A stretch of 32,000 bases of DNA from Caulobacter vibrioides NA1000. GTDB lineage: Bacteria; Pseudomonadota; Alphaproteobacteria; Caulobacterales; Caulobacteraceae. The position numbers were made by a program, and so were the translations under genes. The DNA is taken from assembly GCF_000022005.1 (NCBI RefSeq), contig NC_011916.1; one strand, written 5' to 3'. Below are positions 10,484-17,126 of the stretch, piece by piece (positions within the stretch are counted from its first letter, which is position 1; every line of letters begins with the position of its first letter). The notes under the pieces are model-generated. The model did not search any database and was not told the origin of the DNA. It saw only the letters and a list, made by a program, of their open reading frames with translations.

Positions 10484-10810
10484 GTGCCGGAAACAATTGA
10501 AATCCAACTGAAGAAAGGCGTGCTGGCGCTCTGTGTGCTGGCTCTGCTCTCGCACGCCGACAGCTACGCCTACGAGATCGCCAGCAGGCTCACGAGGGAC
10601 ATCGATATGGGGGAAGGGACGATCTATCCGCTGATGCGCCGCATGCAGTCGGATGGCCTGGTCGAGACCTATCTGGTGGAAAGCCAGAGCGGCCCGCCGC
10701 GCAAATACTACCGCCTCACCGCCGCCGGGCGCGAAAGCCTGGCGCAGCAGAAGGCCGAATGGACCGCGTTCGCCACGGCGGTGAACAACATCGTGGGAGC
10801 CGCCGCATGA
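10484..10810 (+). CDS. PadR family transcriptional regulator
   Basis: 108 aa with a GTG start and GGAGG about 11 nt upstream. PadR winged-helix signature: YAYEI ... GTIYPLMRRMQSDGLVE ... PRKYYRLT. Confidence 0.88.
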   Translation: MPETIEIQLKKGVLALCVLALLSHADSYAYEIASRLTRDIDMGEGTIYPLMRRMQSDGLVETYLVESQSGPPRKYYRLTAAGRESLAQQKAEWTAFATAVNNIVGAAA

Positions 10811-11370
10811 CCCGCGCCGAGTTCATCACCCGCCTGCGCCGGGGCCTCTCGGGCCTGCCGGCCACCACGATCGCCGACATCATCGCCGATCACGAGGCGC
10901 ACTTCTCCGACGCCCAGGCCGCCGGCCGCACCGAAGCCGAGGTCGCCGCCGCCCTGGGCGATCCCGACCGTCTGGCCCGCGAGTTGCGCGCCGAGGCCGG
11001 CCTCAAGCAGTGGGAGGAGAAAAAGACGCCGTCCAACGCCATGGCCGCGATCATCGCCTTGATCGGCCTGGGGGCCATCGACGTGATCTTCCTGCTGCCG
11101 CTGCTTATGGGCGTGCTGGCCACGCTGTTCGGCTTCCTGGTGGCCGTGGTGACGATCTTCTTCGTCGGCGGCTTCATCTTCGCCGCCGGCCCGCTGGCCG
11201 CGCCGCCAGGAGGACCGATCACCGCCTTCCTGACGGGCATCGGCCTGATGGCGTCGGCCACCTTCATCGGCTCGCTGCTGACGCTGGTGACGGTCGGGGT
11301 CTTCAATGCGGTCGTCTGGTACGCCCGCCTGCACTTCCGGCTGCTGAAGCCGGCCCTGGAACAAGCTTGA
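10807..11370 (+). CDS. DUF1700 (HAAS-type) membrane protein, PadR-associated
   Basis: 187 aa starting MTRAEFITRLRRGLSGLP...ADIIADHEAHF, a soluble helical N-domain typical of DUF1700, followed by 3-4 TM helices. ATGA overlap with the padR stop (10807-10810). The upstream part of track ORF 10759-11370 was trimmed. Confidence 0.75.
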   Translation: MTRAEFITRLRRGLSGLPATTIADIIADHEAHFSDAQAAGRTEAEVAAALGDPDRLARELRAEAGLKQWEEKKTPSNAMAAIIALIGLGAIDVIFLLPLLMGVLATLFGFLVAVVTIFFVGGFIFAAGPLAAPPGGPITAFLTGIGLMASATFIGSLLTLVTVGVFNAVVWYARLHFRLLKPALEQA

Positions 11371-11387
11371 GCCGAGAGGAGGGGACC

Positions 11388-12203
11388 ATGTTGATCCGCA
11401 ATACGCTCATCGTCGCCGGGGCGAGCTTCGCCCTCGCGGTCGGTTGCTTCGCTGGGGTGGCGGCCATCGCCGGCCCTGAACTGATGACCAAAGGCTGGAC
11501 GATCCCGTTTGGGGACAGCGCCTCGGTGACCATCACCGACGACAACGGCAAGGTGATCCGCACCGTCCGCCACGTTGGCGCCGGCGGAGCGCCGTCGCCG
11601 ATGGTCGATCGCACCCTGCCCTGGACGGGCAAGGACACGCTGATCATCGACCTGCCGGTCGACGTCGTCTTCGTCCAGGGCGCCGAGGCCAAGATCGTCG
11701 TCTCCGGCCCCAAGTCCTATGTCGATCGCCTGAAGGTCGAAGGCGGCCGCATCAGCCTCGACGACATCAATCTGGCCGACGGCGCGATCATGACCTTGGG
11801 CCCGGACGGGCTGCAGGTGCGCAGTGATCGCGACCGCATGAAGATCACGGTCGTGGCGCCCGACGTCACCCGCTTTGAGGTTCGCGGTTCGGGCGATCTC
11901 GACATCCGGCGCTATGAACAGGCCGCCCTGAACCTGGACGTGTCGGGCAGCGGCGACGTCGAGGCCGAGGGTAAGGTCGAGACGGTCACCGTCGAAAACT
12001 CGGGCTCCGGCTACGCCGATCTGGGCGACCTCAAGGCCCGAGAGGCCGCCATCGAAGTCTCCGGCAGCGGCAGCGGCGCGGTGTTCGCCACGGGCAAGGC
12101 CAAGATCGACATCTCCGGCAGCGGCGACGTCGAGCTGCGCACCGAGCCCAAGTCGGTGACCAGCGAGATCACCGGCTCGGGCGAGGTCCGCCGCGAGTAC
12201 TGA
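11388..12203 (+). CDS. DUF2807/DUF4097-like (toastrack / head GIN domain) protein with N-terminal membrane anchor
   Basis: 271 aa. ATG at 11388 follows GAGAGGAGGGG. The N-terminal TM is LIVAGASFALAVGCFAGVAAIAG. The C-terminal half has six G-S-G motifs at a period of about 19 aa (RGSGD, SGSGD, SGSGY, SGSGSG, SGSGD, TGSGE), consistent with a beta-helix-like repeat. The 126 upstream codons of track ORF 11010-12203 are junk. Confidence 0.75.
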   Translation: MLIRNTLIVAGASFALAVGCFAGVAAIAGPELMTKGWTIPFGDSASVTITDDNGKVIRTVRHVGAGGAPSPMVDRTLPWTGKDTLIIDLPVDVVFVQGAEAKIVVSGPKSYVDRLKVEGGRISLDDINLADGAIMTLGPDGLQVRSDRDRMKITVVAPDVTRFEVRGSGDLDIRRYEQAALNLDVSGSGDVEAEGKVETVTVENSGSGYADLGDLKAREAAIEVSGSGSGAVFATGKAKIDISGSGDVELRTEPKSVTSEITGSGEVRREY

Positions 12204-12217
12204 TCACCATCGCGCGC

Positions 12218-12310
12218 GGAAACCTCGCCCTTCGACAGGCTCAGGGTGAGGCTTCCGAGTGAACCGCGGCGGAAAGTCGTCCTCATCCTGGGCTTGTCGA
12301 AGGAGGAGGA
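12218..12310. repeat. Palindromic intergenic repeat, family A, copy 2
   Basis: Left arm is CGCCCTTCGACAGGCTCAGGGTGAGG (12226-12251), flanked by the short inverted repeat GGAAACCTC / GAGGCTTCC. Right arm is CCTCATCCTGGGCTTGTCGAAGGAGG (12281-12306), with a 29-nt spacer. Confidence 0.75.
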
Positions 12311-12400
12311 CGACCCCTCGGAGCTGAACCGAGGCTCTCAGGGCCTTGCGACAAAAGGGGCGGGGTGACGAGCGCGTTCGGAAGTCTTACCTGTAGGACC

Positions 12401-13837
12401 ATGAACGCTCCGATCCCCGCCTCTTCCCTGTCGATCCTGGACGCCGCCGGCGTCGATCCCGACCGCGCCCGCGCGATCCTGGGCGAAGCCCTGGCCGGCG
12501 CCGACGACGGCGAACTGTTCCTCGAACGCTCCGAGAGCGAGGCCTTCGTCTTCGACGATGGACGCCTCAAGAGCGCCTCCTACGATTCGGGCGAGGGCTT
12601 TGGCCTGCGCGTGGTGGCCGGCGAGACGGCCGGCTACGCCCACGCCGCCGAGATTTCCGAGGCCGCCATCCGCCGCGCCTCTGATTCGGCGAGCCTGGCC
12701 AAGCGCGGCCACGCCGGCGTCAGCGCCGAAGGGCCGCGCGCCACCAACGAGAAACTCTATGGCGAGGACAATCCGGTCAGCGCGCCGGACTTTTCCGACA
12801 AGGTCGCCCTGCTGCAGGAGATCGACGCCTTCGCCCGTGCCCGCGACCCGCGCGTCGTGCAGGTGATGGCCTCAATGGCCGGCGAGCGCCGCGTCGTCGA
12901 GATCCTCCGCGCCGACGGCCGGCTGATCCGGGACGTCCGCCCGCTGGTGCGCGTCAATGTCCAGGTCACCGTCGAGAAGGACGGCCGCCGCGAGAGCGGC
13001 TCGTCCGGCGCCGGCGGCCGCGCCGGCTTCGCCGCCTGGATCAGCCCCGACAAGTGGCAGGATCAGGTCGACGAGGCCCTGCGCATGGCGCTCGTGAATC
13101 TGGACGCCGTCGCCTGCCCCGCCGGCGAGATGGACGTGGTGCTGGGTCCGGGCTGGAACGGCGTGCTGCTGCATGAGGCCGTCGGCCACGGCCTGGAAGG
13201 CGACTTCAACCGCAAGGGCATCAGCGCCTTTTCGGGCCGTATCGGCGAGCGCGTGGCCGCCCCCGGCGTCACCGTCTTCGACGACGGATCGATCCCCGGT
13301 CGCCGCGGCTCTCTGACGGTCGATGACGAGGGCACCCCCACCGAGCGCACCATCCTGATCGAGGACGGCATTCTCGTCGGCTACATGCACGATCGGATGA
13401 GCGCCCGCCTGATGGGCATGAAGGCCACCGGCAACGGCCGCCGTCAGTCCTACGCCCACATGCCCATGCCGCGCATGACCAACACCGGCATGCTGGCCGG
13501 CGAGCACGATCCGCAGGAGATGATCGCCTCGCTGAAGCGCGGCCTCTACTGCGCCAATTTCGGCGGCGGCCAGGTCGACATCACCAACGGCAAGTTCGTC
13601 TTCCAGTGCACCGAGGCTTACCTCGTCGAAGACGGCAAGATCACCGCCCCCGTGAAGGGCGCCACCCTGATCGGCGATGGCCCCAGCGCGCTGACCCGCG
13701 TGACGATGATCGGCAACGACTTCGACTTCGACCCCGGTATCGGCGTCTGCGGCAAGTCGGGCCAAGGCGTGCCGGTGGGCGTGGGCCAGCCGTCGCTGAA
13801 GATCACCGGCCTGACCGTGGGCGGGACGGCGGTCTAA
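12401..13837 (+). CDS. tldD: metalloprotease TldD
   Basis: 478 aa counted from MNAPIPASS (the track ORF begins at 12365). Contains the TldD/PmbA fold with metalloprotease motif HEAVGHGLE. Confidence 0.93.
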   Translation: MNAPIPASSLSILDAAGVDPDRARAILGEALAGADDGELFLERSESEAFVFDDGRLKSASYDSGEGFGLRVVAGETAGYAHAAEISEAAIRRASDSASLAKRGHAGVSAEGPRATNEKLYGEDNPVSAPDFSDKVALLQEIDAFARARDPRVVQVMASMAGERRVVEILRADGRLIRDVRPLVRVNVQVTVEKDGRRESGSSGAGGRAGFAAWISPDKWQDQVDEALRMALVNLDAVACPAGEMDVVLGPGWNGVLLHEAVGHGLEGDFNRKGISAFSGRIGERVAAPGVTVFDDGSIPGRRGSLTVDDEGTPTERTILIEDGILVGYMHDRMSARLMGMKATGNGRRQSYAHMPMPRMTNTGMLAGEHDPQEMIASLKRGLYCANFGGGQVDITNGKFVFQCTEAYLVEDGKITAPVKGATLIGDGPSALTRVTMIGNDFDFDPGIGVCGKSGQGVPVGVGQPSLKITGLTVGGTAV

Positions 13838-13883
13838 GGGGACGTCCGAAAGCGCCCCCACCGTCACGCCGCGTATCCGCAGC

Positions 13884-13960
13884 GCGCCACCTCCCCCGTT
13901 TCACGGGTGAGGAGAGCGATCACTCAGAGCTTCCTGCCCCGCTCGCGGGGGAGGTGGCGC
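13884..13960. repeat. Perfect 14-nt inverted repeat (hairpin element) between convergent tldD and GNAT genes
   Basis: GCGCCACCTCCCCC (13884-13897) and GGGGGAGGTGGCGC (13947-13960) are separated by 49 nt. There is no adjacent T-tract, so it is more REP-like than a canonical terminator. Confidence 0.5.
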
Positions 13961-14001
13961 AACGCCGGTAGGCGATGCGACGGAGGGGGCGCTTCTCAGC
14001 G

Positions 14002-14499
14002 CTAAAGCCGCCGCTCCAGATACGTCACCGTCTTCTTCCCGCCATGGATCTCGGCCGTCCCCACCGGGACAAAGCCGAGCGCCGCATGGAAGGCGTCCGA
14101 GACGGGATTGGGCGGGTCGGAATTGACCTCGCAGACGATCCGCGCGTGTCCCGCCGCCTTGGCCGCGTCGAAGAGGTCATCATACAGCGCCCGCGCCAGG
14201 CCCCTGCCCCGCGCGCTGTCGGCGACGACGACGCGGTCGACATAGACGAACGTCGGATAGCGCTCACGAAACCACAGGAAGTTGGGGCTGTCGTAGTCGG
14301 CGTCATGGTCGAAGGTCAGCAAGAGGGCGTCGGCCACGCCGACGCGCCGCGCCAGAAACGCCTGCGCGACCAGATGCGCCAGCCGCTCGGGCTCCAGCCA
14401 GGACAGTTCCACGGCGTGGGCGTTGTTCAGCGCCAGCAGCGCCGCGCCGTCAGGCGCATTCAGATCAGCGAGGGCGAGGGGGATCGAAAGTCGGCTCAT
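14002..14499 (-). CDS. GNAT family N-acetyltransferase
   Basis: 165 aa with the acetyl-CoA binding loop VVVADSARGRGLARALYD (R/Q-x-x-G-x-G/A). GGTGAGG lies just upstream of the ATG. Confidence 0.85.
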   Translation of the reverse strand: MSRLSIPLALADLNAPDGAALLALNNAHAVELSWLEPERLAHLVAQAFLARRVGVADALLLTFDHDADYDSPNFLWFRERYPTFVYVDRVVVADSARGRGLARALYDDLFDAAKAAGHARIVCEVNSDPPNPVSDAFHAALGFVPVGTAEIHGGKKTVTYLERRL

Positions 14500-14586
14500 A
14501 ACCTCACCTGCGCCTGGGCCCCACGGCGGACGGGTCGCGGCCCGGCGCCACCTTGCAAAGGTTTAATCCACCTGTCCGGCTTGTAA

Positions 14587-14775
14587 CTTCCCTCAAGGGG
14601 AGCCGAGAGGCACCGTCGAACCCAGGACGCCATTGTCCTGACCGTTCGGGTTGGGAGCGGAAGCGGTCCCCGCGGTTTGAGCCACCGCGAGGACCGTCTC
14701 ACCCGAAGGTGAGACGTGGTCCCCTCCACGTCTCCGCGAGGGGCCCCGGATCGTCGCCGGGGCCCCTCTTTGCTT
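14587..14775. ncRNA. candidate structured RNA (orphan sRNA or UTR element), strand unresolved
   Basis: A chain of GC-rich hairpins (14623-14640, 14665-14695, 14695-14716, 14738-14768) with no credible ORF. See the finding at 14500-14786 for the conflicting strand evidence. I do not recognise a match to any RNA family. Confidence 0.3.
14738..14775 (+). terminator. intrinsic-terminator-like hairpin with T-tract on the plus strand
   Basis: GAGGGGCCCCGG-atcgtcg-CCGGGGCCCCTC is a perfect 12-bp stem, followed by TTTGCTT on the plus strand. On the minus strand it is preceded by AAGCAAA and followed by GC-rich sequence. It lies 18 nt from the POT transporter stop, so it may also act bidirectionally. 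Confidence 0.55.
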
Positions 14776-14786
14776 AGGACGCCGCC

Positions 14787-16667
14787 TTAGGCCTTCTTGG
14801 GCGCGCCGACGTTGTCGGCGCCGTGCGACCACTTCTTGAGGACCGGCGACAGCAAGAGGAAGCCGATCCCGATCGCCACCGCCACCAGGCCGATGATGTT
14901 GAAGACCTTCAGCGACGCGGCCAGGGCCGCGCCGGGGTCCAGCACCTGACCGCCGACCGTCTCGGTGGCCGCCAGACCGGCGATCTTGCCGCCGACCCAC
15001 TGGGCGATGGCCACGGCCAGGAACCAGACGGCCATCATGAACGACACCACCGAGGCGGGCGACAGCTTGGTCATCTGCGACAGGCCGACCGGCGACATGC
15101 ACAGCTCGCCGGTGGTGTGCAGCATGTACATCAGCACCAGGAAGATCAGCGGCAGCTTGAACGCGCCGTCGGCGAAGGTGGAGCCCCACTGCAGCAGCAG
15201 GAAGCCGGCGCCGACCTGGATCAGGGCCAGGCCGAACTTGATCACCGGGTTCGGGTCCTTGCCGCGCGCGCCCAGGAACGTCCACACCGCCGCGAACACG
15301 GGCGCGAAGATCAGGATCCAGCCGGCGTTCAGCGCCTGGGTCTGCGGGGCGTTGAAGCTGGTGTCGACCCAGAAGGTCGAGGCCGCATCGATGCCGGCCT
15401 TGGCCAGCTGATCGGGCGTGGCCAGGGTCACCGCGCCGCTGAACAGCCGGAGCGGCTCGCGGACCAGATCCAGCTGGACATTGGTGGCGGCGAAAAGGCT
15501 GAGCGACGAGCCGGCCTGTTCAAACAGGGTCCAGAACACCACCGCGCCGAAGATCAGGAACACGGCCAGCGCCAGGCGCTCGCGCTCTTCCTTGGCGCAC
15601 TTGGTGAACATGAAGAAGCCGATATAGCCCAGCGAGGCCAGGATGCCGATGTTGAGGGCGACCCCGACGATGGCGTTGAACTGCACCAGGAAGAAGATCC
15701 CGACCAGGCCCACCAGAGACAGGCCGTAGATGGCCAGTTCGCGGTTGATCGGACCGGCGACCTTTTCCTTCAGCACCTTGGGCTCCGGCGGTTCGGCCTT
15801 GCCGTCCAGCCAGGGCTTGCCCAGCACGAAGACGATGAAGCCGGCCAGCATGCCGACGCCGGCGAGGCCGAAGCCCGCCCACCAGCCGACATTGACGCCC
15901 AGCAGGCCGCACAGGATCGAGGCCCAGAACGAACCCAGATTGATGCCGTAGTAGTAGAGGGTGAAGCCCGGATCGCGGCGCGGATCGCCCTGCGGATAGA
16001 GCTGGCCGACGATGGTCGAGATGTTCGGCTTCAGGAAGCCGACGCCCAGGATGATCAGCGACAGCGAGAACCAGAAGATGTTCAGGTACAGCGGGTCGCG
16101 ACCGGCGACGTCCAGCTTGTAGTCGGCCTTGGGCAGAACGGCGGGCAGCGGCGCGTTGGCGGGCAGGCCCTTGATCTCGAAATCGCCGACCTTGGTCGCG
16201 GCGACCTCATAGGCCTTGCCGTCGACCACCAGCTTGGCTTCGCGGTTCTGACCGCGGCCCTCGGCCTGGAACTCGTAGGTCGCGCCCTGATAGGTCAGGG
16301 TCTGGACGGCGGGCTTGCCCTCGATCGCCATGGCCAGGTGGCCGGCCACCAGCAGGACGGCGCCGAACGCCACGGCCTTGCGCGTGCCCAGCCACTTGTC
16401 GGCCAGGAAGCCGCCGATCAGCGGCACCAGATAGACGAGCGCGGTGTACGAGCCGTAGTGCCCGGACGCGGCCTTCGGATCGAACAGGAAGTGCTGCGTC
16501 AGGTAGAAGATCAGGATCGCGCGCATGCCGTAGTAGGAGAAGCGCTCCCACATCTCGGCCAGGAAACAGATGATCAGGCCGCGCGGATGGCCTTTCAGCA
16601 ATTGAAGAAGAACCGGGATCCCGGTCACGAGCGTGACCAGGATGCCCACGGCGATAACGATGTTCAT
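14787..16667 (-). CDS. POT/PTR2 family proton-dependent oligopeptide transporter
   Basis: 626 aa with POT signatures ExxERFxYY (AEMWERFSYYGM) and GFLKPNIS in TM4. It has an extra hydrophobic N-terminal segment and an insertion of about 75 aa in the TM3-TM4 loop. Confidence 0.92.
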   Translation of the reverse strand: MNIVIAVGILVTLVTGIPVLLQLLKGHPRGLIICFLAEMWERFSYYGMRAILIFYLTQHFLFDPKAASGHYGSYTALVYLVPLIGGFLADKWLGTRKAVAFGAVLLVAGHLAMAIEGKPAVQTLTYQGATYEFQAEGRGQNREAKLVVDGKAYEVAATKVGDFEIKGLPANAPLPAVLPKADYKLDVAGRDPLYLNIFWFSLSLIILGVGFLKPNISTIVGQLYPQGDPRRDPGFTLYYYGINLGSFWASILCGLLGVNVGWWAGFGLAGVGMLAGFIVFVLGKPWLDGKAEPPEPKVLKEKVAGPINRELAIYGLSLVGLVGIFFLVQFNAIVGVALNIGILASLGYIGFFMFTKCAKEERERLALAVFLIFGAVVFWTLFEQAGSSLSLFAATNVQLDLVREPLRLFSGAVTLATPDQLAKAGIDAASTFWVDTSFNAPQTQALNAGWILIFAPVFAAVWTFLGARGKDPNPVIKFGLALIQVGAGFLLLQWGSTFADGAFKLPLIFLVLMYMLHTTGELCMSPVGLSQMTKLSPASVVSFMMAVWFLAVAIAQWVGGKIAGLAATETVGGQVLDPGAALAASLKVFNIIGLVAVAIGIGFLLLSPVLKKWSHGADNVGAPKKA

Positions 16668-16964
16668 ACGCTAGCCTTAGAACGTGACGAGAGGCGGAAA
16701 CTGACCCCCCATTTGGTCAAATCGTCCCCGCCGGCCCCAATTTGGCGGCGAGAAGACCACGCGGGAGAGGGTTTCACAAGCAACGGCTTGCGCGGGCGCC
16801 AGAGCCCAGGCCCGCCATGCCCGATCCAGAACGGGAAACGGGCGACGCGGACACCCCGACCGCGACATTGCGCCCCCTTGATCGAAACCGCGAATTAAGG
16901 CGCTTTTGACCCTTGGGAGCGCGACCATCGCCCCAGCGTCCGCCAGAGACGCACGGAGGAAACC

Positions 16965-17108
16965 ATGGCCTACGTCTCCTATGATCAGGCTGTTCACGCG
17001 ACCGCAATTCGACCGCAACGCCGCCTCGCCTGGGGCCGGCTTCTGGCGCTCGCCGCCACGGTCGGGCTTTGGATTGGCCTGATCGCAGCGGTTCGGGCGA
17101 TTCTCTGA
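16965..17108 (+). CDS. candidate 47-aa small membrane protein (absent from the ORF track)
   Basis: ATG at 16965 is preceded by GGAGGA with a 4-nt spacer. The product is MAYVSYDQAVHATAIRPQRRLAWGRLLALAATVGLWIGLIAAVRAIL, with one C-terminal TM helix. Third-position GC is only about 70 percent, lower than neighbouring genes. It is convergent with gshA. Confidence 0.35.
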   Translation: MAYVSYDQAVHATAIRPQRRLAWGRLLALAATVGLWIGLIAAVRAIL

Positions 17109-17126
17109 TCAGCCTCTCGCGGACGA

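Noticed and set aside
14600-14660. Possible tRNA-like T-loop (GGGTTCGAC on minus) or SRP-RNA-like GGAAGC motif
   Set aside because: No cloverleaf or acceptor stem can be drawn. The SRP domain IV consensus (symmetric and asymmetric loops around a GGAA tetraloop) is not present. I kept the region only as an unclassified structured-RNA candidate.
14823-16898. 691-aa plus-strand ORF opposite the POT transporter
   Set aside because: The same artefact: an Arg/Gly/Asp/Gln-rich translation antisense to a gene with clear POT signatures.
16895-16909. CtrA-box-like TTAA-N7-TTGA upstream of the small ORF
   Set aside because: It has one mismatch to TTAA-N7-TTAA and is a single occurrence in an AT-richer spacer. 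This is easily chance, and the TTGAC may simply be a -35 element.
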